A stretch of 60,096 nt of DNA from Candidatus Omnitrophota bacterium (GTDB taxonomy: Bacteria > Omnitrophota > Gorgyraeia > Tantalellales > Tantalellaceae): NCBI GenBank assembly GCA_049643885.1, contig JBARQV010000065.1:1-60096 (forward strand), given 5' to 3'. The notes under the pieces were generated by a model. It searched no databases and was not told the DNA's origin. It was given only the letters and a program-made list of their open reading frames with translations. Positions 25,267 to 35,300 of this stretch are shown piece after piece (within the stretch, counting starts at the first letter, position 1; each line of letters starts with the position of its first letter). The translations under genes and the position numbers were made by a program.

Positions 25267-26090
25267 TGATCGGGATATTCCCGTATGCGTTTTTCCAATT
25301 GCAAGAGATATTTCTCCATCAGGCCCCGGATATCACTTTTAAGATTTCCGGTTCTCTCCGGAATTATAGGTTCGTCAAAACATAAATTGAACGTATTGTC
25401 TTCATTGCGCGTGCAGGTAGTTACAACAAGGGGGGCATCTGTTTTCAAACTGAAAAAAGCTGCTCCCTTGGGTATAAATGCCGTTCTGCCGAAAAATTTG
25501 ACGTGATCGCCGTTCGAAGTGTAGTCCTTGTCCCCGGCGATGGCCAAAACCTCGTTCTCTTTGAGTACCCTAAAGCATTTTTTGAGCTGCACTCCAAGAG
25601 GTATAAGCTTGACACTATGGATAGTCCTTTGCCGCATGAATAGATCGTTAATACGTTTATCTTTGTGTTCCAGCACTATCGCGCTTATCGGATACCCCAG
25701 AGACGCTACAATAGCCGCTCCCCTCTCCCAGTTCCCCAAGTGGGCGGTGATCGCAATAACTCCCTTTTTCCGAGAAAGGCCCTTCTCCAGGTTTTCCAGG
25801 CCTTTCAGTATTACGTTCTTATTGATATATTCTTCCGTAAGCTTTGAAACTTTAAAAAAATCGGCAAGATATCGCGCAAAATTCCTGAAGATCCCGCGGA
25901 TATTCTTTTTGATGACCTTTTCGTCCGCATCTTCGCCGAGAACTATCCTCAAATTCTCTTCAAGTATTTTCTTATCCTTCCCCGCGCAAAGATAATAGAA
26001 AAAGGCTGCAATGTCGGCTAAAAAATAACAGACCCTGATGGGGAATATTTTTAAAAAATAAAAACCTATAGCATGAAGAGTATATAGCAT
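25218..26090 (-). CDS. LpxL/HtrB-family lysophospholipid (lipid A-type) acyltransferase
   Basis: 290 aa with an N-terminal TM helix and a HLGNWE active-site motif. Confidence 0.75.
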   Translation of the reverse strand: MLYTLHAIGFYFLKIFPIRVCYFLADIAAFFYYLCAGKDKKILEENLRIVLGEDADEKVIKKNIRGIFRNFARYLADFFKVSKLTEEYINKNVILKGLENLEKGLSRKKGVIAITAHLGNWERGAAIVASLGYPISAIVLEHKDKRINDLFMRQRTIHSVKLIPLGVQLKKCFRVLKENEVLAIAGDKDYTSNGDHVKFFGRTAFIPKGAAFFSLKTDAPLVVTTCTRNEDNTFNLCFDEPIIPERTGNLKSDIRGLMEKYLLQLEKRIREYPDQWYAFQEIWNHEQITQ

Positions 26091-26091
26091 C

Positions 26092-27210
26092 TCATGAACC
26101 TTCTATTGCCAGCTTCGCTATATCCAATGAACTTTCCGGATGAGAAAGCTCGCCGGCCCTTGCCTGCATATTAAGGAGCAGCTCCACGGAATCAAAAAGC
26201 TTGTTTATTTCCTCATGGATATTCTCGTAACCGGACAGTTCCACCGCCACGCCTTTTTCTACCAGAAAATCGGCGTTCATCCTTTCGTGTCCAGGAATGG
26301 GATCCATTATAAGTAACGGCAATTTTTTTACCAGCGCCTCTGCCGTGGTCAACCCCCCGGCCTTGGTGATAATAAGATCGGAGACTTCCATCAATTCGTC
26401 TATATTTTCCATGTAAGGGAAGACCTTAAGGTTTTTTTCTTTTTTCTCCGCCAATTTTACCAGCCGTCTATACAGCCTCTTATTTTTACCTGTTATCACA
26501 AGGAGCTGGTAATTGTGCCTGGTGTCCTCCAGCAGCTCTTTCACCACTTCTTCGATCGCGCCTATACCCTGGCTGCCCCCCATTATAAGTATCGCCGGGT
26601 CTTCTCTTCTGAGGCCCAGTCTTCCCCTGACATCGCCCTTGTCATGCCGCAGCCCGAACTTTGGATCCACCGGAATGCCGTAGGCCTTTATCTTCCCAGC
26701 CGGAACACCCTTCTTTTCCAGGGCCCGCCCAACATGCTCCGAAGGAACCACGTAATAGTTTACTTCATCATAAAGCCAGTACGAGTGCGGCGCGTAATCG
26801 GTCAGGACGCCTATAAGGATAATGTTGCTTCCCGTGGTCTTCTTGTAGTCGGCCACCATCCCGCACGGAAAGGCCTGAGTACACAAGACAACGGCAGGCT
26901 CATACTTCCCGATAAGCCTTTTTATCTTGGACATGTTATATCTATGGAGAGCTTCCCTGGCCTTTTTCGTCTTTTTCAGCACGCTGGGATTGTCATATAT
27001 ATGCCCCCAAAACTCAGGCCTTTTTTTTATGACCTCGAAGTACGTCCTGTTGATGATATTACCCAGGATGGGATTCGTGTATTCCAGGGCGTTGACCATC
27101 TCGATATCGATGTTCTTATCGATCTCGAGCAGGCCTTTTTTTATGGCGTTCGCCCCGTGAAAATGACCGGAAAACTCGGAAATATAAAAGATCAGCGCCT
27201 TTTTTTTCAT
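26092..27210 (-). CDS. MGDG-synthase-like GT28 diacylglycerol glycosyltransferase
   Basis: 372 aa with an N-terminal MGDG_synth-like region (SEFSGHFHGANAIKKGL...) and a GT28 C-domain (ITKAGGLTTAEAL). Confidence 0.72.
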   Translation of the reverse strand: MKKKALIFYISEFSGHFHGANAIKKGLLEIDKNIDIEMVNALEYTNPILGNIINRTYFEVIKKRPEFWGHIYDNPSVLKKTKKAREALHRYNMSKIKRLIGKYEPAVVLCTQAFPCGMVADYKKTTGSNIILIGVLTDYAPHSYWLYDEVNYYVVPSEHVGRALEKKGVPAGKIKAYGIPVDPKFGLRHDKGDVRGRLGLRREDPAILIMGGSQGIGAIEEVVKELLEDTRHNYQLLVITGKNKRLYRRLVKLAEKKEKNLKVFPYMENIDELMEVSDLIITKAGGLTTAEALVKKLPLLIMDPIPGHERMNADFLVEKGVAVELSGYENIHEEINKLFDSVELLLNMQARAGELSHPESSLDIAKLAIEGS

Positions 27211-28394
27211 ACTTCCATCTTAAGGACTTTCTTGATCCTTTGAGCTGCCTCTTTCAGCCTTGGCGCTTCTTCTACAAGCGCGAAACGGACATAACCTTCA
27301 CCGTAATCACCGAAACCGGTGCCGGGAGCTATGACCACCCCGGCTTCCTTTATAAGAAGTGAAACGAACTGCATGGAAGTAAGGGCGTTATATTTATCGG
27401 GTATTTTCGCCCAAAGATAGAACGTGGCCTTGGGCCTGGCGACCTCCCACCCTACATCGGCCAGGGCATCTACCATGACATCGCGCCTCTTCTTGTAAAG
27501 CTCGACCTGTTTACGGACGCAATCCTGAGGCCCCAAGAGCGCCTTTATCGCCGCGTACTGGATAGGTTTGAACAACCCAAAATCAATATAGCTTTTCGTT
27601 TTGCCCAGGGCTCGTAATATATTTTCGTTGCCGACGGTAAAACCGATGCGCCACCCGGGCATGTTGTAGGACTTGCTCAGGGTATGGAACTCAACGGCAA
27701 CATCGCGCGCGCCCGGGATCTGCAAAATACTCGGCGCTTTGTAACCGTCAAAAGTTATATCCGAATACGCGAAATCATGGATAAGTATAACACCGTTCTT
27801 CCTGCAGAACGATACGGCTTTTCTGAAATAACCCCGGCTTGCCACCGCAGCGGTCGGATTATGCGGATAACTCAAAAACATCATCTTGGCTTTTTTGAGC
27901 ACGCCTGAAGGGATCTTGTCCAGTTCCGGTAAAAAATCGTTCTCCTCATTTATGGGCATATTATGAAGAATGCCCCCGGCGATAAGGACCCCGTTGAAAT
28001 GAACAGGATAAGTGGGGCTGGGCACAAGGGCCACATCGTCGCTGTTCAGGAACGCCAGTGAAATATGCGCGATCCCTTCTTTTGACCCGATAAGTGGCAG
28101 GACTTCTCTATCCGGGTCAAGCTTGACATCGAATTTCCTTTTATACCATTTCGCGATCGCCTGCCTGAGTTCGCATTCGACTTTGTCGATAGACCTGGAG
28201 TATCGGTAATTTTCGGGGCTTTTCGCGCTCCGGCACAATTCGTCCACTATATGTTTAGGCGTGGGCTTATCGGGATTCCCCATGCCCAGGTCGATAATTT
28301 CCATGCCCTTGACCTGTGCTTCCCTCTTCAGGTCATCTATGATCGTAAAAAGATAAAACGGCAATCTCTTCAACCTGTTCGCTTCTTCCATCAC
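27207..28394 (-). CDS. Class I/II PLP aminotransferase (AlaT/DapL-like)
   Basis: 395 aa with RLPFYLF...GMGNPDKPTP and the PLP lysine motif SKSYNMPGWRIGF. Confidence 0.8.
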   Translation of the reverse strand: MMEEANRLKRLPFYLFTIIDDLKREAQVKGMEIIDLGMGNPDKPTPKHIVDELCRSAKSPENYRYSRSIDKVECELRQAIAKWYKRKFDVKLDPDREVLPLIGSKEGIAHISLAFLNSDDVALVPSPTYPVHFNGVLIAGGILHNMPINEENDFLPELDKIPSGVLKKAKMMFLSYPHNPTAAVASRGYFRKAVSFCRKNGVILIHDFAYSDITFDGYKAPSILQIPGARDVAVEFHTLSKSYNMPGWRIGFTVGNENILRALGKTKSYIDFGLFKPIQYAAIKALLGPQDCVRKQVELYKKRRDVMVDALADVGWEVARPKATFYLWAKIPDKYNALTSMQFVSLLIKEAGVVIAPGTGFGDYGEGYVRFALVEEAPRLKEAAQRIKKVLKMEV

Positions 28395-28633
28395 TGGCTC
28401 CTGTCTTCTTGTATTTCGGCGATAACATCATTCATCCTGATGACTTCGCCGTCTTTTTTCCATATCTTCGCTAAGATCCCGTCACAAGGCGCTGGGATAT
28501 TGAAAGTCGCTTTATCCGTAGCCACTTCCACCAGGTCATCGTCCTTCAACACTCGTTCGTTTTCCGACAGATGCCAGAAAGTGATGACCGCCTCACTGTT
28601 TAATTCCGACAGCTCCGGCAAACGTAATTCCAT
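28391..28633 (-). CDS. Stand-alone lipoyl-attachment domain protein
   Basis: About 80 aa with VEVATDKATFNIPAPCDGIL (a lipoyl-lysine DKA beta-hairpin). The start is taken at MELRLPEL. It overlaps the lipB 3' end by about 40 nt. Confidence 0.7.
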   Translation of the reverse strand: MELRLPELSELNSEAVITFWHLSENERVLKDDDLVEVATDKATFNIPAPCDGILAKIWKKDGEVIRMNDVIAEIQEDRSQ

Positions 28634-29258
28634 ATTCACCCTCCAAATCCTTGATGAACCCTTCCGCAAATACTTTCTTTACTTCACCCATGTCCAGTTT
28701 GCGGCCAAGAACCATCTCAGCAGATGTGACCTTTATGTCAGCTTCACCGCACGGGTGCATGCGGAAAAACGGGCCGCAATCGTTATTGATATTCACGCTT
28801 ACGCCGTGGAACGTCACCCACCGCCTGACAGCAACACCTATGAAAGCGATCTTTTCAGGGCCAGCCCACACCCCACGCCTTTCTTCGCTTATATGCGCCG
28901 GCACTCCGAGCCGGTTCAAGCTCCCGGCCACGGTCTTTTCCAGAAAATCTATGTAGAAGGAAATATCCTTCTTCCGGCCGCTCAGGTCTATTACCGGGTA
29001 TAAAACAAGCTGTCCGGGAGCGTGATAGGTGATCTTTCCGCCCCTACCTGTCCTGACGACGGGAATGCCGCTTTTGTCGAAAAATTCCCTGTCGATTATG
29101 CTGTCTTCTTCTGCTACACGGCCAAGCGTAACGACCGGGTAATGCTCGACCATTATAAGAGTATCGGGAATATTCCCCGCGATCCTCTTGCTTACAAATT
29201 CCTTTTGAAGATCAAGAACATCTTCATATTTTGCCAAGCCGAGATCCCTTATATCCAT
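28593..29258 (-). CDS. lipB: Octanoyl-ACP:protein octanoyltransferase
   Basis: 221 aa with RGGKITYHAPGQLV and FHGVSVNIN motifs. Confidence 0.9.
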   Translation of the reverse strand: MDIRDLGLAKYEDVLDLQKEFVSKRIAGNIPDTLIMVEHYPVVTLGRVAEEDSIIDREFFDKSGIPVVRTGRGGKITYHAPGQLVLYPVIDLSGRKKDISFYIDFLEKTVAGSLNRLGVPAHISEERRGVWAGPEKIAFIGVAVRRWVTFHGVSVNINNDCGPFFRMHPCGEADIKVTSAEMVLGRKLDMGEVKKVFAEGFIKDLEGEYGITFAGAVGIKQ

Positions 29259-29259
29259 C

Positions 29260-29763
29260 TTAAAGTATTTCCTCGAAACCGCCGTAATCCTTGAAATATT
29301 CTATTACCCCGCCTTTCTCGAGGAATTTTTTCATGATCCCGGGAACAGGCTTCATCTCTATGTTCAATCCCTTGGAAAGGTTCCGGATCACGTTCTTCTC
29401 CATATCAAGCTCGAGCTCGTCCATATCATCGATAAAATTTGTCTCGCACTCGACAAGACAGAGACCCACGTTAAAAGCGTTCCTGTAAAATATCCTGGCG
29501 TAACTTTTCGCGATAACAGCCTGGAGCCCGCTGGCTTTGAGGGCCACAGGCGCCTGTTCCCTGGAAGAACCGCACCCGAAGTTCGCCCCGACCACCAGAA
29601 AATCCCCTGACTTTATCCTTTTATAAAAACCTTCTTCCATGTCCTCAAAAATATACTTTGCTAGTTCCTTCGGGTCCTGTATCCGGAACTTATACCTTCC
29701 CGATATGATGTAATCCGTGTTTATATCATCCTGTATTTTTAATCTATGCGCCAAATTGGACAT
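29260..29763 (-). CDS. leuD: 3-isopropylmalate (or homo-)aconitase-type dehydratase small subunit
   Basis: 167 aa with GANFGCGSSREQAP. It follows the large subunit. Confidence 0.85.
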   Translation of the reverse strand: MSNLAHRLKIQDDINTDYIISGRYKFRIQDPKELAKYIFEDMEEGFYKRIKSGDFLVVGANFGCGSSREQAPVALKASGLQAVIAKSYARIFYRNAFNVGLCLVECETNFIDDMDELELDMEKNVIRNLSKGLNIEMKPVPGIMKKFLEKGGVIEYFKDYGGFEEIL

Positions 29764-29776
29764 TTTTGTCTCCTTT

Positions 29777-31060
29777 TTACGGAAGTCTGCGTTTATGCTC
29801 CCGGGGATCGGCTATCTCCCCTTCGAGGGCTGTGGCCGCCGCGGCCGCGGGGCTGCCCAGATATATGCTCGCGTTGGGATTGCCCATCCTCCCGAGAAAA
29901 TTCCTGTTCGCGGTCGAAAAACATGTCTCTCCGTCCGCAAGCACTCCCTGATGCGTCCCTACGCACGGCCCGCATCCCGGGTTATTCACTGCCGCCCCCG
30001 CCGCGAGAAAGGTCTCGACGTAGCCCTTTCTTATCGCTTCAAGATATATTTTTTGTGAGGCGGGCGTGACCACAAGTTTAAGGCCGGGGGCGATCGCCCT
30101 GGCTTTTAAAATATTAGCGGCGATCTCCAGGTCTTCCAGCCTGCCGTTGGTACAAGTGCCGATATATACCTGGTCGATATGAGTTCCCAGAAGGTCTTCA
30201 ATGCTGCGCACGTTATCAACGGTATGAGGACACGCCACCTGAGGAGATAATTCAGATGCGTCATATTCGCGGGTTTCCGCGTACCTGGCATCAGGGTCAG
30301 CTTCTACTGGCCGCGGTTCCCTTCTGGCATACTTTTTGACCCAGTCCAGGACTTTCCTGTCGGCTTCCATAAGACCGCACTTTGCCCCCATCTCGACTGC
30401 CATGTTGGAGATCGTAAAGCGCGCGTCAACACTCATGCTCTTAATGGCATCACCGTAAAACTCGACAGCCTTGTAAGTGGCGCCATCGGCTCCGATATCA
30501 CCGATAATGTGGAGGATGACATCCTTTGAAAACACGCCTTTCGGCAACTTGCCGTTAACAATGATCTTGATCGTCTCCGGAACTTTGAACCAGTTCTTCC
30601 CGCTGGCCAGGGTGATGGCCAAGTCCGTTGAACCCACACCGGTCGAGAGAACGTTCACGGCACCGTACGTGCAGGTGTGGGAATCAGCCCCGATAACGAG
30701 GTCGCCGCAGGTAACATGTCCTCCTTCCGGGATAAGCTGATGGCATACACCGCAGCCGATATCATAGACTTTCACCTCATACTCCCTTCCAAATGACCTT
30801 ATCTTGTCATGTATCGCGGAAACGCCGATATTCGGGCTGGGAGCGGAGTGGTCAATAACCATGCAAAACTTTTCCTTATCGAACACCTTTTCCACGCCGA
30901 GACGCTTGAAACTATCGATGATTATCCCGCTTGTCCCGTCCTGGCCGAAACAGAAATCGACATCGGCTATAACGATATCGCCCGCCTTCGCCCTTCTGCC
31001 CGAGTGTCCTGTTAATATCTTCTCAGCTATTGTCTGCCTCATTTCACCACCTTTTTTCAC
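29777..31060 (-). CDS. leuC: 3-isopropylmalate dehydratase large subunit (short archaeal-type)
   Basis: 427 aa with Fe-S ligand contexts GTCTNGRLEDL and NPGCGPC. The probable start is MRQTIAEKIL. Confidence 0.88.
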   Translation of the reverse strand: MKKGGEMRQTIAEKILTGHSGRRAKAGDIVIADVDFCFGQDGTSGIIIDSFKRLGVEKVFDKEKFCMVIDHSAPSPNIGVSAIHDKIRSFGREYEVKVYDIGCGVCHQLIPEGGHVTCGDLVIGADSHTCTYGAVNVLSTGVGSTDLAITLASGKNWFKVPETIKIIVNGKLPKGVFSKDVILHIIGDIGADGATYKAVEFYGDAIKSMSVDARFTISNMAVEMGAKCGLMEADRKVLDWVKKYARREPRPVEADPDARYAETREYDASELSPQVACPHTVDNVRSIEDLLGTHIDQVYIGTCTNGRLEDLEIAANILKARAIAPGLKLVVTPASQKIYLEAIRKGYVETFLAAGAAVNNPGCGPCVGTHQGVLADGETCFSTANRNFLGRMGNPNASIYLGSPAAAAATALEGEIADPREHKRRLP

Positions 31061-31083
31061 ACACCAGATTCTAGGTTTAGGTT

Positions 31084-32250
31084 CTAGGAATTATATACCC
31101 ATTCCTTGATCCTCTCGGTTCCTTCCCTGATGGCATCCAAATCCGTCGCGAAACTGATGCGTATGTAACGGTCATCTCCGAACGGTCCGCCGGGAATTAC
31201 CGCCACCCGTTCTTCCTCGAGAAGTCTTTGCGCAAAAGTCATCGAATCCAGTCCCGTCCGGGATATGTCGCAGAACAGGTAAAACGCACCTAATGGCTTG
31301 AATGGAACCATCTTTTTCCCCTCGGCTAAACTCTTCACCAAAACATCACGCCTTTTAAGGAACTCTCTCCTGTTATCCTCCATCACTTTTGCGAGGTCTG
31401 ACGTAAGAGCGCATTCAGCGGCAACCTGGCTTATTGAACAGGGATTCGAGGTGGAATGGCTCTGGAGAGTGTTTATCTTTTTTACTATCTCTTTGTCCCC
31501 CGCAAGGTACCCTATCCTCCAACCGGTCATGGAGTAACTTTTTGAAACGCCGTTCACGACTATCGTCCCGGCTTTCATCTCGTCAGAAACGCCGGCGATC
31601 GAAAAATGCTCTTTACCATCGTAAATGATCTTTTCATATATCTCGTCGCTCACTACTAAAATATCCTTAGCAAGACATACTTCTGCTATTTTTTCAAGGT
31701 CATCCTTGTCGTATACAACGCCGGCAGGATTGGACGGGCTGTTGATTATAATAGCCCGCGTCTTTTTCGTCAAAGCCTTACTGATATCTTCCGCCTTGGC
31801 CCTGAAACCGTTCTCCTCTTTAGTCGCAAGAAATTTCGGAGTTCCCCCGGCCAATCTTACCATTTCAGGATAGCTCACCCAGTAAGGATGGATTATGAGG
31901 ACCTCATCCCCCGGATCAAGAAGGACCTGGAAAAGATTATAGAGTGAATGCTTTGCCCCGGCAGATACTACGATCTCATCAACGCTGTAAGTTAACCTAT
32001 TATCAATACTTAACTTATGAGAAATGGCTTGTTTTAGCGATACCGTCCCACCTGCCGGTGTATATTTGGTGAACCCATCCCTGATAGCCTTTATCGCCGC
32101 CTCTTTTACAATTTCCGGAGTATCAAAATCCGGCTCACCCGCGGCGAGTATGACAACATCCTTACCCTCTTTAAGCATGGCTTTTGCGCGTGAAGTTATA
32201 CTCAATGTCGCTGAAGGCTGGACTTTTGATAGTCTTTCTGAAAACTTCAT
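31084..32250 (-). CDS. aspC: Aspartate aminotransferase (class Ib)
   Basis: 388 aa with AAGEPDFDTP, NSPSNPAG and SKSYSMTGWRIGY. Confidence 0.8.
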   Translation of the reverse strand: MKFSERLSKVQPSATLSITSRAKAMLKEGKDVVILAAGEPDFDTPEIVKEAAIKAIRDGFTKYTPAGGTVSLKQAISHKLSIDNRLTYSVDEIVVSAGAKHSLYNLFQVLLDPGDEVLIIHPYWVSYPEMVRLAGGTPKFLATKEENGFRAKAEDISKALTKKTRAIIINSPSNPAGVVYDKDDLEKIAEVCLAKDILVVSDEIYEKIIYDGKEHFSIAGVSDEMKAGTIVVNGVSKSYSMTGWRIGYLAGDKEIVKKINTLQSHSTSNPCSISQVAAECALTSDLAKVMEDNRREFLKRRDVLVKSLAEGKKMVPFKPLGAFYLFCDISRTGLDSMTFAQRLLEEERVAVIPGGPFGDDRYIRISFATDLDAIREGTERIKEWVYNS

Positions 32251-32389
32251 ATAATTTCCTAATATTCTTTAGCTGATATAATAATAGAGTAAAATATCAT
32301 AACACAAGCAATATTACAAGTGTTAAATGATATGCGCTAGATTTTGATTTTTTAACATTTTCCCGGTTTCGTCAACACCGGGTGTTGAA

Positions 32390-35300
32390 TTAGGCGTTTT
32401 GGAGGTATAGATTTGCCATCCGGATCTGTTCGCGGATCTCGTTGACCGGCATCCGCACTATCGGCGGTAAGGCATGATGTATAGCAAGGTCGATCCTCGT
32501 TTCAGGAGCTGGGCTAAGCATGTGGTCGAGCGTGTCTTCATTTATTTCGATCTCATCATTGAAATGCTTATACAATCTTTTAAGCTTCTCTAGTATTTCC
32601 TTTCTTAATTTTGGGAGTTCTTCTTCTTTTCCGTTCGCTTCATCTTTTCTCTTGGCAATGACTAGCGCCGCTTTACATAAACCGATCGCCAGAGCGGCTT
32701 CAAAATTCCTCAAAGCGGTCCCTCTTCCCTCTAATGTGGTAATACCCTCGAGAGCAACGGGGTATTGATTATTCTCGAGCAACGGAACGTCGGCACTCCT
32801 GATCCACTCCAGGTATTCCTTGGACCATATGGGCACCCTGACCGAGTCCTTTCTTATCCCGGCGTTTATACGAGTTTGGAACATTTCATCTATATCCATG
32901 GTACAGCCGAACATCGGCGCTTTGGCTCTGATCTTGGTCTTCAATGCGTCCTTCATCTCGTCCCACGCAGGCGCGTTTGCTTTATCGTTTATTAATGCCG
33001 CTGGAACTTCTGACCCGCCCGGGAAATCCTGGTGAGTAAAGGTGAAATTCACGTTATCAAGCTTGTAACACGCCAGTATAAGGTATGACCACATCTCGGC
33101 ATATTCTTCCATGTTCTCTTTTGTTATAAGGGACAGGTCCACTTCGATATCCACGGGGACCTGTTCGTTTTTCTCTTCTAAGGCAGGCAGGACTTCGCTG
33201 AGAACCGGCCTGACATCCTCCATAAGATCCACGCTCCAGTAGCAGGAGGTTTTGATCTTTGATTCTATCTTTCGTTGGTTGGTAGTCGTCGGTTGTCGGT
33301 CGTCGGTCGTCGGTCGCATTTCGCCGGTTGTATTTCGTCCATCGTCGATCGTCGATAGTCCATCGTCAGTCGGCTGGGGCGAACCGTCGAGGAGTATCTT
33401 TTCGTTTTCAAACTTTAACTTTAAGCCGAAGACGTTCGTCCAGGATGAGCTGTCCAGTTCCTGCCGGACTTTTTTCTCGGTTATATCGTTCACATCCATT
33501 GCGAAGAATCCGCTCTCATCCATTCCCTGCAGAAGCCTCTTGAATAAATTGTCATCGTCAAAATCACCGCCGGTTATCCCTAAATTCAGGATAGTTTCCG
33601 GGGCAACTTTGCCGCTATCAAAATAAAGCCTGCTTATATAAGCGAATAAAAGCATAATTTTGTAGAGATTTTCCACTCTGGAAGGACCTTTGTTGTTTGC
33701 CAGAAGATTTATAAAAAGCGGGAATACGCAGTTCCGGATATTTTTCGACCATATATCTGAAAATACCCGATTTCCCGCTGCCATTGCTTTGAGGCGGGTG
33801 AATTCTTCATCGCTAAGCTCAAACCCTTCTCTCGAGATCTGGAATACACGTACTATGCCTGCGCATTTTAACCTCCATTCCAGAAATTCTTCGGGCGTTA
33901 CCGTATCAATATTTCTATATACACTTATCACTTCCCTCAAAGCTTGCGTAGAAAGAATATTATCCAAAGCGTGCGGAGGGCTTCTTTTCAACTTCCCTAA
34001 TGTATCGATCAAGCTCATTATCAAGCTTTGGGCTCTTGTATTCGGAGAGACAGCTCTCATTTCCTGCAAATTCTGAGGTAAAATATACACGCCAAAATCC
34101 GTTATATTACCATGCCTGGCTACTATATCTTTTACGTTTGATATCATTTCTCTATCGTGTATACCGTATCTTCTCAAAATAGGCTCGATCCTTCTGGCCC
34201 CTTCTTCCCAATGCCCCGCCCATCCAGCTTCTCTCGTAAAACCTACATCGTGAAGTATTATCGCAAGGAGAAGTGTGTTCTTTTCCTTTTCACTCAAGCC
34301 TTCATAAATGTCCAACGCCTCCTGCAACGCCCTAAAGTATTCTTCTTTATCCGGTGTTCTTTTTAATACAGCGGAACCTGCAATATAACTGTACAAAACT
34401 TCAAAACCATCTCTTCCCCTTATAAATTGCCTGAATGACTCGATCGCCTGTCTTACATGCGCGATCCTGTATTCATCCGACTCCTTCATGATATCGTCAA
34501 TATCCGCCTCTATCCTCGCAGTGACCGGCTCGGCTGCGGGTTTTTTGACATATATCCCGGCCGGTCCATATCCATATCTTATACGGGATTCAGGCCCTCT
34601 GGTATTTACATTCACGAGGCCAAGTCCGGTAAGGATCTCATCTGTTTTCCCTCCCATGCCGTCTCTCACTTTATCACCCAAAACTCTCCTTCCCTCATGC
34701 CCCATGTCTATGACTAACGCCCCGTTCTCATCAAGGGAGGCGGCAATAAGCGAAATGATGCTTTCGGGCAGATTGACATGCTGGCAGGCTTTCTGGACGT
34801 AAAGATCTATGCCCTCCCCGATAAAACTTTTTAATTGTTCCGGGTAAGTTTCCTCCCGGTTAGCGTCTTCTATTTCAAAATATATTATCTTCCTCTCGTT
34901 ATCTTCTCCCGGAAGTTTGAAGCGGATCACATAAGCGCCTCGTCCACTATCGAATTCCGGACCCCCGACAACTTCCGCACCCATTGCTTCAAGTTCCCAT
35001 AACAGGTAATGCTTTGCTCCTATCCAGGGCAGTATCGTGTTTATTTCGGAAAATTTCGCCCATTCAATGTCCCTGAAATATAACCATTTAGCGTGTTCCA
35101 GGCTTATGGGCCCGGACATGTCCGGTTCCCCGTTGAAGGATTGCTTGTCCACCAGGACTATTTCTTCGGCTTTTTCCGAAAGAATGATACTTGTACGGAT
35201 ATCCGCGCCGGAAGCGATATACAAGCTCCTTTTTCCGCGGTTCCCGGAAGGGATCTTCCGCGAAAGCGCTTTCAGGTCTTTGAGGAGGTCAAGGGGAACT

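Noticed and set aside
32251-32389. Terminator after the giant gene
   Set aside because: The hairpins CAACAC-CCG-GTGTTG and CCCGGT...ACCGGG exist just 3' of the stop, but no U-tract follows. This is not convincing as an intrinsic terminator.
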